Below are positions 1-9,819 of a stretch of DNA of 36,061 nucleotides, piece after piece. Numbering within the stretch: the first letter of the stretch is position 1; every line of letters begins with the position of its first letter. The position numbers and the translations under genes are program-made. The notes beneath the pieces are model-generated. The model was not told the origin of the DNA. It ran no database searches and saw nothing but the letters and a program-made list of their open reading frames with translations. The DNA lies in the IMG/VR virus record IMGVR_UViG_3300028829_001232, positions 1 through 36,061 of that record; one strand, 5' to 3'. Source of the DNA: a virus. Taxonomy: Duplodnaviria > Caudoviricetes.

Positions 1-1
1 C

Positions 2-3000
2 GGAGGATTACAATTCGATGATTGGGAGGAGCAGCAATCTAGTGGTCTTAGAGAGTTTACTACCGTTATTGGAGGGATAAGGTGCACAGCTGAAACAGAG
101 ACAACTAGCACCTGGCATCAAAGAATATATCAAACTCTTGATGCTTCTCAACAAGTGGTTGGTAAAATGTACAAGGTTAAAGCTACAGTGCTTTGCTCGA
201 GAGACGCTAGCTTTAGGTTTAACGTACAACAAACAAACTCTACGGATGATCAGTGGGCTCCTGAGAATTACAATGTAGAAGCTGATGTGGATAGAACTAT
301 TGAGGTGGTTTACACTTGTACTGACGCCACGACTCAACACCTTATATTTTTCCCAACAGTTATCTTAACAGCTGGACAATATTACGAAGTTAAAAACGTA
401 TCTCTTAAAGAAGTCGAATCCTTCTCCAACAACAACCACGGTAAGATATACTCTGGTCGAGCGTTAGAGTTCGATGGGGTTTCGGATTACTTCCAAAGTA
501 ACGGAGGAACATCTTTGACTGGGGTTAATAGTTTTGCGGATGGAACGGCGTGGACGCTAGCTTGCTGGATGTCTTTCGGTGACGTTGTATCTGGATCTGA
601 TGATTATTGCATTGGTAAGGATTACGCGAGTCATCCAACCCTTATATATGCAAATGGGGCTCTTGAAATTAGAGATGCTAATGGTAATTACTTTAGATTT
701 GCTGGAGTAACCCTTGCTAGAAACACTTGGTATAGGGTAGTTATAGTAACAGATGGAATCTCTTTAACGGCATATATCAATGGCGTTCTGTATGGTGTGA
801 TTTCAGATAATCAAGCCGAAGAAGCGGCACACGGCTCAGCGAACTTCAGTACTACAGAAATGCAGTTTACTGGATGGGGGATGCCGTATCAAAACGGTGG
901 GGTTCGCGCTAATGGTTTTATGGGTATGATGTCCGATGGACAAGTTTGGGATGCGACTTGGTCAGCCGCTGACGCCGCCTACGACTACGCCAACCCAGAA
1001 TCTTTAGCGTTAAACGCTTCAGGTACGGCTTTAACCGAGGGTAACCTTAAGGTTTGGTACCCGATGCAAGATGGTCACAGAGGCCAGCAGTCGTATATTT
1101 TAGATGGAGCATCAACTGATTCTAATACTGGACCTTCGATAGTACATCATAGCGAGAATTTTAGCACAGATACCACTGGCACGAATTGGGCAGTTAACGA
1201 CGCCTCTTCGGTGATATCCCATGATTCGGCTAATAATCTTTTGAGAGTTACTTACGCGGAAAGTGATGGAAACGAGTTAAAAAGGAATTCCACTCTTACC
1301 ATCGGTAAGAAATATAAAGTTACATTTAAGGCAAGAGGAACTCATGACTCAGCTTTTATATCAATTGGATCTACAGGTGTTTTTGGTGCTGCTAAAAACC
1401 CAGTTTTAACAACTTTTTTTCAAGACTACGAACGTAACTTTGTTGCTGATAGCGGCGCTTTTAGAATGTACCAATCAGACGACGCTACCGCAGGTGAATA
1501 CTTAGAGGTAACAGATATAGTTATAAAAGCCATCAACGACAAACACCACGCGACAACGGTGTTTTACGGGGATATGACTGATTTATGTACAGATGATAAT
1601 TCTAATTTTGGGAAACTATACAATACTGCTAATACAGAGTTTGATTTTACGAAAGAGTCAACCGCATTTGCTGGTGGAGACGGATACGACGTGTTGGCTA
1701 ATTCTGCGTTTTCAGTAGATAATATTAGTGCTTTAATAGAAACTGACAATAGCGCCACTGGTTTAAGGTTAGCAAATACAGCCTCCGCGAAAGGGGGTAC
1801 TAGATCTGGAGCACTCGCCACGGTAGTGGGAAGAACATATGAACTTGATGTCACTCATTACGCTACAAGTGAAAGCTATGTAGACGTGGACATATATATA
1901 CTTGTAGGGACTGAGGCAGGCGGCGCTCAGTTGGTTAATGCAACTAATTCTGACGGGACTTATTCAGTTACATTTGTTGCTACCACAACGTCTATTCATC
2001 TTACTTTTGGCCCTAATAATACAGTTAGTGGTAACTCTGTAAGAATAAAAACTATACAGTTACGGGAAGTCGGCGTAGCCTCAGGCTGGACAGACGCAGA
2101 TCAGCAGTTACATATACCGCAAACGGCTTTGCAGTCGTATAACGAGTTGGCTTGGAGTCTACCTACAACAGGTGGAAATATGATGGCTACCGTTCCTCAT
2201 AATGCAGATTTTAATATAAATAGCTCCGATTTTACAGCGAATTTTTGGGTGTATTTAAATGATCATGGATTTGGAGGTGGACAATATGTTTTCCATAAAG
2301 GCGGCGGGGGAAGTGAGGGTTGGCACATACGAATTAAAGCTGATGGACAAGTTGATTTTGTTGTTCATGATGGTGGGGCAGGAGGAGATGGTGTTAGCGT
2401 TGCTACTGCAAACAGTGGTGTGGATGTCATCAAGGAAGGTCAATGGCATATGATAACAGGTGTTGTAGATCACGCCAACACGGTTGCGTTATATATAGAC
2501 GGGGTACTTATAGAAAGTACTGCTTTTCCTAGTGACGATAATGATATTTATGGTAGTGGTTATTTAGAAATGTTCAATTGGAGTTCTACTTATTCTAATG
2601 GAACTTTAAATGGAACAGCAACTGAATTTAGCATTTTTAAAGGAGTTGCTTTCAGCGCTACAGAGGTTGTTGAGTTACATAATGATGGAAAAGCGTTAGA
2701 CGCTACAACACATTCGCAAATCACTAATCTTAAGGGTTATTGGAGAAATAATGGTTTAAATACAACGTGGAAAAATATTAATAATCCAGGAACACATGAT
2801 GCTACATTCTCAAACGGGTCTGAAACCCTACTAATCCCACAAGGTGTAGACGGATCGAGAGACGCGCAAGGGTTTATTATGAATAGAGCGAGGAATACGA
2901 GTAGTTTGAATTTCCCTGTTGATAAATCGTCGCAAACCCCCAGTTTAGATACTGGGTCATACGTGGAGGTAGGTGACCACTCTGGATTAACCTTTGGGAC

Positions 3001-3463
3001 AGGAAACTTCTCTATGGAATGTTGGGTTAAACCTTCATACAGATCTAAAGGTTCTAGTAGTTTAAATACTATATTCACACTAGGCGGTCAAATAAACGAC
3101 TCTGATAGCGCTGGTTTATGCACCTCTTCTGGGTCGATTCTCGCTTATATAGGAGGCGTGAGCATGTCGGAAGGATATAGCTCAAATAACTGGTACCATG
3201 TAGTAGCCACAAGGGAAGGCCTTGGCTCTGGTGAGATGAAGCTATATGTAAATGGCGCTGAAGAGGCAACGGGTACATCGGTAAACGGCACTGATAAATC
3301 CATAAATATCAATAATGCACATAATATGACTATTGGTGCTGAGGATAATAGGACTAGAGGGTATGAAGAAGCCGTAGATAGTATTAAAGTATACAACAAA
3401 GCGTTAGACGAAACAGAAGTACTAAGAAATTACAAAGCTACAAAAGGTAGTCACAGAAACTAA
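2..3463 (+). CDS. LamG/concanavalin A-like multidomain adhesin or fibre protein, 5'-truncated
   Basis: Frame is open from base 2 (GGLQFDDWEEQQ...), so the track start at 155 is probably not the real start. Three LamG-type motif sets (WTLACW..WYRVV..AYING; FTANFW..WHMITG..LYIDG; FSMECWVK..WYHVVAT..LYVNG..IKVYNKAL) alternate with CBM-like modules (GKxYKV....xVxxKEV). Confidence 0.85.
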   Translation, partial: GGLQFDDWEEQQSSGLREFTTVIGGIRCTAETETTSTWHQRIYQTLDASQQVVGKMYKVKATVLCSRDASFRFNVQQTNSTDDQWAPENYNVEADVDRTIEVVYTCTDATTQHLIFFPTVILTAGQYYEVKNVSLKEVESFSNNNHGKIYSGRALEFDGVSDYFQSNGGTSLTGVNSFADGTAWTLACWMSFGDVVSGSDDYCIGKDYASHPTLIYANGALEIRDANGNYFRFAGVTLARNTWYRVVIVTDGISLTAYINGVLYGVISDNQAEEAAHGSANFSTTEMQFTGWGMPYQNGGVRANGFMGMMSDGQVWDATWSAADAAYDYANPESLALNASGTALTEGNLKVWYPMQDGHRGQQSYILDGASTDSNTGPSIVHHSENFSTDTTGTNWAVNDASSVISHDSANNLLRVTYAESDGNELKRNSTLTIGKKYKVTFKARGTHDSAFISIGSTGVFGAAKNPVLTTFFQDYERNFVADSGAFRMYQSDDATAGEYLEVTDIVIKAINDKHHATTVFYGDMTDLCTDDNSNFGKLYNTANTEFDFTKESTAFAGGDGYDVLANSAFSVDNISALIETDNSATGLRLANTASAKGGTRSGALATVVGRTYELDVTHYATSESYVDVDIYILVGTEAGGAQLVNATNSDGTYSVTFVATTTSIHLTFGPNNTVSGNSVRIKTIQLREVGVASGWTDADQQLHIPQTALQSYNELAWSLPTTGGNMMATVPHNADFNINSSDFTANFWVYLNDHGFGGGQYVFHKGGGGSEGWHIRIKADGQVDFVVHDGGAGGDGVSVATANSGVDVIKEGQWHMITGVVDHANTVALYIDGVLIESTAFPSDDNDIYGSGYLEMFNWSSTYSNGTLNGTATEFSIFKGVAFSATEVVELHNDGKALDATTHSQITNLKGYWRNNGLNTTWKNINNPGTHDATFSNGSETLLIPQGVDGSRDAQGFIMNRARNTSSLNFPVDKSSQTPSLDTGSYVEVGDHSGLTFGTGNFSMECWVKPSYRSKGSSSLNTIFTLGGQINDSDSAGLCTSSGSILAYIGGVSMSEGYSSNNWYHVVATREGLGSGEMKLYVNGAEEATGTSVNGTDKSININNAHNMTIGAEDNRTRGYEEAVDSIKVYNKALDETEVLRNYKATKGSHRN

Positions 3464-3468
3464 ATAGA

Positions 3469-3834
3469 ATGGCACATTACGAATTATATGTATGTTTAAG
3501 GAAAGCGGATTACGAGTCTGCAGTACCTAGTGTGTTACAACCTAAGCTCGGTTGGAATAACTACACGTACGAAGCAGATGGAGAGACTGTAAAGACTACA
3601 ACAGCTTATACACCAACTTGGAAAGAAGCTACGTTTAAAGGCAAGCTAGGAGCTCCTAGAACAAGTCTAGACGGGAACTTGATTATAGTCAAAGGAGAGT
3701 TTAGCTTACGTACAGGAGAATTATCAGCTATCATAGCTTTAGGTAACGGACTTGCATATCCAAATAACTCTGTATTAACAAAGACAGAGGCACAAACATT
3801 AGCATCAGGTGAACTATTCACCGCAGCAGAATAA
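3469..3834 (+). CDS. Hypothetical protein (121 aa), possibly adhesin-associated
   Basis: ATG start 5 nt after the upstream stop, TAA stop, fills the gap in the operon. Confidence 0.75.
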   Translation: MAHYELYVCLRKADYESAVPSVLQPKLGWNNYTYEADGETVKTTTAYTPTWKEATFKGKLGAPRTSLDGNLIIVKGEFSLRTGELSAIIALGNGLAYPNNSVLTKTEAQTLASGELFTAAE

Positions 3835-3837
3835 ATA

Positions 3838-3866
3838 ACAGTTTAATTTAATTTAATTTAATTATG
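3838..3866 (+). promoter_or_regulatory. AT-rich leader with (TTTAA)x4 repeat abutting the ATG
   Basis: acagtttaatttaatttaatttaattatg; a similar acagttaaatttaattatg precedes ATG 22662; function inferred. Confidence 0.5.
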
Positions 3867-4142
3867 GGTAAAAAGAAAAATAAGGTCGTAGACCTAAAGC
3901 CAGAGGCTATCTCTGAGGAGCAGTTACAAAAGATTCAAGGTATTGTTAATATGATGAATCGCGGGCAAATGGATCTAGGTATACTAGAAACGCGTAAACA
4001 CAGTATGCTTCACAATATAGCTACGATACAAGATCAGTTAACTGTTATACAAGGTGAACTTGAAAAAGAGTATGGTACTTACGATATTAACATCCAAAAC
4101 GGTGTTATAAACTATAAGGAAGATGAGCCATCTGATTCGTAA
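3864..4142 (+). CDS. Hypothetical coiled-coil protein (92 aa)
   Basis: Heptad-like Q/E/L-rich helix; AT-rich leader; overlaps next gene by 20 nt. Confidence 0.75.
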   Translation: MGKKKNKVVDLKPEAISEEQLQKIQGIVNMMNRGQMDLGILETRKHSMLHNIATIQDQLTVIQGELEKEYGTYDINIQNGVINYKEDEPSDS

Positions 4143-4344
4143 GATAACGATAGGTAAAGACTACAAGAATGACTCCATGCACTATGCCGTAGGGCAAGAA
4201 GTGTATGGCGGTCATACTATTTGTGATATACTAGAAGAGGAGGATAAATACTCTATATATATACGCAAAGATAAAGCAGTTATACCTTGGAAGGACTTTA
4301 ATAAAAACATGGCTATATCTGTTGAGTATAACCTACAGTACTAA
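4123..4344 (+). CDS. Hypothetical protein (73 aa)
   Basis: ATG start, TAATG coupling to the next gene, plausible globular beta-rich sequence. Confidence 0.75.
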   Translation: MSHLIRKITIGKDYKNDSMHYAVGQEVYGGHTICDILEEEDKYSIYIRKDKAVIPWKDFNKNMAISVEYNLQY

Positions 4345-4937
4345 TGCACTCGGTTTACAACTATGTTGTAGAACCACTAGGTGAAAGGTATAACAACAGT
4401 AAAAAAGTTGGAGACAAAGAGTTAATATTAAACACTGAGGTTTTTAATCACCAGCATGTAAACAGAGAGGCTAGAATCTTATCTGTACCTAGTGCTGGAG
4501 CTCCTTTGAATCCTAGAGTAGGTGATATAGTGACATTACACCATAACGTCTTTAGAAGATGGCATGATGTAAAGGGTAGAGAAAGAAACAGTAGATCTTT
4601 CCTTGAGGAAGGTAAGTATCTGGTAACACAAGACCAAATCTACCTGTATAAAAGAGATGGTGATTGGATATGTCCTAAGGGATATTGCTTCGTGCAACCT
4701 GTTAAAAACAATAGCCAATTAAACGCTGATTCTGAAAGACCACACATAGGTGTCGTAAAGCACTCAGATGGTACGGTAAATATAGGTGATCTAGTTGGGT
4801 TTAGACCTAGCAGTGAATTTGAGTTTGTGGTGGATGGTCAGAGGATGTACCGAGTTTTATCTAATTTTATTACAATTAAATATGAATATCAAGGAGACGA
4901 AGAAGAGTATAATCCAAGCTGGGCAGATAGCCGTTGA
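4344..4937 (+). CDS. Tandem GroES/Cpn10-like co-chaperonin
   Basis: Two GroES-like units: YVVEP..ELILNT..ARILSVP..RVGDIV..YLVTQDQI and YCFVQP..GVVKH..NIGDLVGF..EFVVDGQRMYRVLSNFI (compare GroES VKVGDxVxF..G..YLIMRESDI). Confidence 0.65.
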   Translation: MHSVYNYVVEPLGERYNNSKKVGDKELILNTEVFNHQHVNREARILSVPSAGAPLNPRVGDIVTLHHNVFRRWHDVKGRERNSRSFLEEGKYLVTQDQIYLYKRDGDWICPKGYCFVQPVKNNSQLNADSERPHIGVVKHSDGTVNIGDLVGFRPSSEFEFVVDGQRMYRVLSNFITIKYEYQGDEEEYNPSWADSR

Positions 4938-5157
4938 AGAGTTAATCAAGGTAGCTAAAGAAGCTATTGTTGATTCAGGTGATGATATCACCGCGGACAG
5001 ACTCAAGAACGCTGCTGCCACAAAGAAGCTTGCTATCTTCGACGCCTTTGAGATATTAACCAGAATCCAAGAAGAGGAGAACTTGCTTGAAGGTCGAGAG
5101 CCTGAAGAAAAGAAAGCAAACGTCTTTAAGGGTTTTGCTGAAGGAAGATCTAAGTAA
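4882..5157 (+). CDS. Putative terminase small subunit (91 aa)
   Basis: Helical protein MNIKETKKSIIQAG... coupled by TAATG to TerL; ATG 4882 with A-rich leader preferred over the track's TTG at 4795; function inferred from position. Confidence 0.6.
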   Translation: MNIKETKKSIIQAGQIAVEELIKVAKEAIVDSGDDITADRLKNAAATKKLAIFDAFEILTRIQEEENLLEGREPEEKKANVFKGFAEGRSK

Positions 5158-7370
5158 TGTACGAGCAGACATTATTAAAAATAATAGAGCCTATAAAGAA
5201 AACCACTCTTACAAGGTTAAACAGAGGTAAGAAGTGGAAGTACGGTTATGATAAAGATCACGATATAGTGGTTTTATCTAAGACTGGTGTTATAGGTGAG
5301 ATATATGATATACAGGGTTTTAAGATAGCTTTACCTAAACCTACTAAAGTTTTCAAGCACGAAAATAACAAGTGGGGTAAGATAGAGCAACCTAAGGAGT
5401 TAAGCCGTTTAAAAACTATATTCGACTGGAGAAATTATCCAGACGAACAAAAAGAGAAGTGGCATGACTATATAGACGAAGAGTTCAGGCGTAGGGACGA
5501 GGGTTTCTGGTTTACTAATAACGGTAAACCGACGTACATAACTGGTAGTCACTATATGTACCTTCAATGGAGTAAAATCGACGTGGGTGCACCAGACTTT
5601 AGAGAGGCCAATCGGCTATTCTTTATATTCTGGGAAGCCTGCAAGGCAGATAAGAGATGCTATGGAATGTGCTACCTTAAGAACCGTCGTTCAGGTTTTT
5701 CTTTTATGTCCTCTGCAGAAACAGTTAACTTAGCCACTATATCGAGTGATAGTAGATATGGGATCTTATCTAAGTCTGGTGCCGATGCGAAGAAAATGTT
5801 TACAGATAAAGTGGTACCTATATCAATTAATTACCCTTTCTTCTTTAAACCTATACAGGATGGTATGGATCGTCCAAAATCTGAGTTAGCATACCGAGTA
5901 CCTTCTACGAAGTTTACTCGTAAGAAAATTCAGAGTAATGAGAAGCTAGAGGAGCTTGCTGGTCTTGACACAACGATAGACTGGAAGAATACAGGTGATA
6001 ACAGTTATGACGGTGAAAAGCTAAGTCTGCTGGTACATGATGAGAGTGGTAAGTGGGAGAGACCTGATAATATATTAAACAACTGGCGAGTAACAAAGAC
6101 TTGCTTGAGACTTGGAAGTAGAATCGTAGGGAAATGCCTTATGGGATCTACTTCAAACGCGTTAGATAAAGGAGGTAGTAACTTTAAAAAATTATTCAAT
6201 GACTCAGATGTTTCTAAGCGAAACCGTAATGGACAAACAAAGTCTGGGCTTTATTCTCTCTTTATCCCAATGGAATGGAACTATGAAGGATTTATTGATG
6301 GATTCGGATTTCCAGTCTTTGATAATCCACGTGATGGAGAACGACTGGGACCAGACGGTGAACTGATAGATATTGGAGTTGTAGACAGTTGGGAGAATGA
6401 AGCTGAAGGATTAAAAGATGATCAAGATGCTTTGAATGAGTTCTACCGACAGTTCCCTAGAACTACGGAACACGCTTTCAGAGATGAAAGTAAAAACAGT
6501 ATCTTTAATTTAATGAAGATATACGAGCAGATAGACTACAACGAAGGTAGTAGACACGCTGCTCACACTACAACTGGAAGTTTTAGTTGGGTAAACGGTA
6601 TTAAGGATTCTAAGGTGGTTTTCCACCCAGATCCAAGTGGAAGATTTAAAGTTAGTTGGGTTCCTCCATCTCACTTGCAGAATAAACAAATAATAAAAAA
6701 TGGTGTTAAGTTCCCAGGGAATGATCATGTTGGCGCGTTTGGCTGTGATAGTTATGATATTAGCGGTACTGTTGATGGCAAAGGTTCAAAAGGATCACTT
6801 CATGGATTAACAAAATTTTCTATGGAAGACGCACCTTCGAGTACGTTTTTCCTAGAGTACATAGCAAGACCACAGACCGCTGAGATGTTTTTTGAAGATG
6901 TGTTAATGGCTTTAGTATTTTACGGTATGCCTTTATTAGCAGAGAATAACAAACCTAGACTACTGTACTATTTACGCCGAAGAGGTTATAGAGGGTATAG
7001 CATGAACAGACCAGATAAAACTTGGAAGAAGTTATCAGTTGCTGAAAAAGAAGTGGGTGGTATACCAAACTCAAGTGAAGATATTAAACAAGCTCACGCC
7101 TCAGCTATAGAGATGTATATACAAGATCATGTAGGACATTTAGGTGAAGGTAATTATGGAACAGTGTATTTTAACGAGTTGTTAAACGACTGGGCTAAGT
7201 TTGATATAAATAAAAGAACAAAGCACGATGCGTCTATAAGTTCTGGTTTAGCTATCATGGCTTGTAATAGGCATTTGTACGCTCCTAATGCTAAAGTAGA
7301 AAGAAAACCGCTAGACCTAAATATATCTAAATACAACAACAAGGGATTTAATTCCGAAATAATAAAGTAA
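5157..7370 (+). CDS. terL: Terminase large subunit
   Basis: Walker A-like LKNRRSGFS, Walker B LLVHDE, coupling motif MGST, RNase H-type nuclease AFGCDSYD, LAENN, and C-terminal HDASIS. Confidence 0.95.
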   Translation: MYEQTLLKIIEPIKKTTLTRLNRGKKWKYGYDKDHDIVVLSKTGVIGEIYDIQGFKIALPKPTKVFKHENNKWGKIEQPKELSRLKTIFDWRNYPDEQKEKWHDYIDEEFRRRDEGFWFTNNGKPTYITGSHYMYLQWSKIDVGAPDFREANRLFFIFWEACKADKRCYGMCYLKNRRSGFSFMSSAETVNLATISSDSRYGILSKSGADAKKMFTDKVVPISINYPFFFKPIQDGMDRPKSELAYRVPSTKFTRKKIQSNEKLEELAGLDTTIDWKNTGDNSYDGEKLSLLVHDESGKWERPDNILNNWRVTKTCLRLGSRIVGKCLMGSTSNALDKGGSNFKKLFNDSDVSKRNRNGQTKSGLYSLFIPMEWNYEGFIDGFGFPVFDNPRDGERLGPDGELIDIGVVDSWENEAEGLKDDQDALNEFYRQFPRTTEHAFRDESKNSIFNLMKIYEQIDYNEGSRHAAHTTTGSFSWVNGIKDSKVVFHPDPSGRFKVSWVPPSHLQNKQIIKNGVKFPGNDHVGAFGCDSYDISGTVDGKGSKGSLHGLTKFSMEDAPSSTFFLEYIARPQTAEMFFEDVLMALVFYGMPLLAENNKPRLLYYLRRRGYRGYSMNRPDKTWKKLSVAEKEVGGIPNSSEDIKQAHASAIEMYIQDHVGHLGEGNYGTVYFNELLNDWAKFDINKRTKHDASISSGLAIMACNRHLYAPNAKVERKPLDLNISKYNNKGFNSEIIK

Positions 7371-7373
7371 AAT

Positions 7374-9788
7374 ATGGCTGAGTCAGTACATGTTAATTTT
7401 CCAAAGCAAAACGTTAGCGATGACGAAAAAAACTCTATTGAGTATGGAGAGAAAATCGCTAAGGCTATAAGCGCTGAATGGTTTAGCAAAGAAACTAGTG
7501 CTAGTAGGTATACTACTAATGCAAATAATTTTCATAAACTCAGGTTGTATGCTAGAGGTGAGCAGTCTATTCAAAAATACAAAGATGAGTTATCTATTAA
7601 CGGTGATTTATCTTATCTTAATTTAGATTGGACACCGGTACCTATTATATCTAAGTTTGTGGATATAGTTGTAAATGGAATATCCGAAAGATTATATGAC
7701 ATAAAAGCATACTCGCAATCACCCAATGGTGTAGAAAAAAGAACTAAGTATATGGAGGATGTACTCCAAGATATGGAAATGGCTGTTTTCGCTCAAGAAG
7801 CGAAGCGTGACTTTGATATGGATATTACATCTAGTGATTTAAAAGAGCTCCCTGAGTCTTCTGAGGAGTTGGGTATACATATGCAGCTTAACTACAAACA
7901 GTCAGTGGAGTTAGCTGAAGAGCAAGCTATTAAGACTGTTATGCAAGGTAATAACTATGACTTAACAGAAAGGAGATTTTATTATGATATAACTAGTATT
8001 GGTATTGGCGCTACTAAAACTGAGTTTAATAAAAGTGAAGGGGCGGTTGTCAAGTATGTTGATCCAGCTAACTTAGTTTATTCTCATACTGATTCTCCTT
8101 ATTTTGATGATATTTATTATGTAGGTGAAGTTAAGGCTATACCTATAAACGAATTAATACGAGAGTTTCCAGATTTAACAGAAAGTCAAATTGACGAAAT
8201 AATAAGCAAAAACAACAAAAACAATACTTACAGGTATAACTCGCGTAGAAGCTTAAAAGATGATAACATGGTACACGTTATCTACTTTAACTACAAGACG
8301 TATAACAATGAGGTGTATAAAATTAAAAAAACAGGTAGCGGCGGTGATAAAGCTATAAAGAAAACCGATAAGTTTAATCCACCAGAAACCATGGATGGTA
8401 ACTTTACTAGAGAAGCTAAGAAGCTGGAAGTTCTTTATGATGGTGTTATGGTTTTAGGTTGCGATAAGATTTTAAAGTGGGAGTTGTCTAAAAATATGAT
8501 TCGTTCTAAGAGTGATTTTAACAAAGTTAAAATGAACTACAGCATTGTAGCTCCTAGAATGTACGAAGGTCGCATTGAGTCCTTGGTTGGTAGAATAACT
8601 GGGTTTGCGGATATGATACAATTGACACATCTTAAGCTACAGCAAGTTATGGCTAAAATGGTTCCAGATGGCGTTTACTTAGACGCGGATGGTTTAGCTG
8701 AGATTGATTTGGGTAATGGCACTAACTATAACCCACAGGAAGCGCTTAATATGTTCTTTCAAACTGGTAGTGTTATCGGTAGAAGTTTTACCTCTGAAGG
8801 TGATATGAACCCTGGTAAAGTTCCTATTCAAGAAATACAGTCTAGCAGCAAAGGCGCTAAGCTTCAATCTTTAATTGGTACGTATAACTATTACTTGCAA
8901 ATGATCCGTGATGTGACAGGGTTGAACGAAGCTAGAGACGGTAGCATGCCAGACAAAAACGCTTTAGTTGGCGTTCAAAAATTAGCGGCAGCAAACTCTA
9001 ATACAGCTACACGGCATATCCTCCAGTCTGGATTATTCTTAACCGCAGAGACAGCTGAGAAATTATCTTTAAGGATATCTGATATACTAGAATACTCTCC
9101 GACTAAAAACGCGTTTATACAAGCTATCGGCGCTCACAATGTAGCCACGTTAGAGGAAATCAAAGAGTTACACTTATATGACTTTGGTATATTTATTGAG
9201 CTAGCCCCAGATGAAGAAGAGAAGGGTATGCTAGAGAATAATATTCAAATGGCTTTACAACAGCAGAATATTGATTTAGAAGACGCTATAGATTTAAGGG
9301 AGATAAAGAGTGTTAAATTAGCTAACCAGCTTTTAAAGATACGTAGGAAAAAGAAACTAGAAAGAGATCGCCAGATGCAATTGGAGAATATCCAAGCTCA
9401 AACACAGTCTAATACTCAATCCGCTCAACAAGCCGCGCAGATAGAATTGCAAAAAAATCAAGCTGTAACTCAGTCTCAAATACAATTAGAGCAAGCTAAA
9501 TCACAGTTTGAAACTCAAAAACTTCAACAAGAGATTTCAGCTAAAAAAGAACTTATGGCGCTGGAGTTTCAATACAACATGCAGCTCAAGGGAATTGAAA
9601 CTAAAGGCTTGCAGGATAGAGAAAAAAGTAAAGAGGATAGAAAGGATGAGAGAACAAAAATACAAGCATCACAACAAAGCGAACTTATCGACCAAAGAAA
9701 CTCTAAGAAACCACCTAAAAACTTTGAATCCGCAGGTAATGATACTATAGGTGGTGGATTTGGTTTAGAAGCCTTTGGGGCACAGTAA
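7374..9788 (+). CDS. Portal protein (804 aa)
   Basis: Directly follows TerL; size, PIISKFVDIV and IRDVTGLNEARDG segments, and long Q-rich C-terminal coiled coil fit P22/crAss-type portals. Confidence 0.88.
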   Translation: MAESVHVNFPKQNVSDDEKNSIEYGEKIAKAISAEWFSKETSASRYTTNANNFHKLRLYARGEQSIQKYKDELSINGDLSYLNLDWTPVPIISKFVDIVVNGISERLYDIKAYSQSPNGVEKRTKYMEDVLQDMEMAVFAQEAKRDFDMDITSSDLKELPESSEELGIHMQLNYKQSVELAEEQAIKTVMQGNNYDLTERRFYYDITSIGIGATKTEFNKSEGAVVKYVDPANLVYSHTDSPYFDDIYYVGEVKAIPINELIREFPDLTESQIDEIISKNNKNNTYRYNSRRSLKDDNMVHVIYFNYKTYNNEVYKIKKTGSGGDKAIKKTDKFNPPETMDGNFTREAKKLEVLYDGVMVLGCDKILKWELSKNMIRSKSDFNKVKMNYSIVAPRMYEGRIESLVGRITGFADMIQLTHLKLQQVMAKMVPDGVYLDADGLAEIDLGNGTNYNPQEALNMFFQTGSVIGRSFTSEGDMNPGKVPIQEIQSSSKGAKLQSLIGTYNYYLQMIRDVTGLNEARDGSMPDKNALVGVQKLAAANSNTATRHILQSGLFLTAETAEKLSLRISDILEYSPTKNAFIQAIGAHNVATLEEIKELHLYDFGIFIELAPDEEEKGMLENNIQMALQQQNIDLEDAIDLREIKSVKLANQLLKIRRKKKLERDRQMQLENIQAQTQSNTQSAQQAAQIELQKNQAVTQSQIQLEQAKSQFETQKLQQEISAKKELMALEFQYNMQLKGIETKGLQDREKSKEDRKDERTKIQASQQSELIDQRNSKKPPKNFESAGNDTIGGGFGLEAFGAQ

Positions 9789-9801
9789 ATTATTAAATAA
9801 C

Positions 9802-9819
9802 TATTATATTATATTATGG
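9802..9819 (+). repeat. (TATTA)x3-TGG leader, copy 1
   Basis: TATTATATTATATTATGG, identical to 12515-12532; both include the start codon. Confidence 0.8.

Noticed and set aside
4795-4881. N-terminal extension of terS from TTG 4795
   Set aside because: Implausible sequence fully overlapping the GroES-like core; ATG 4882 has a better leader
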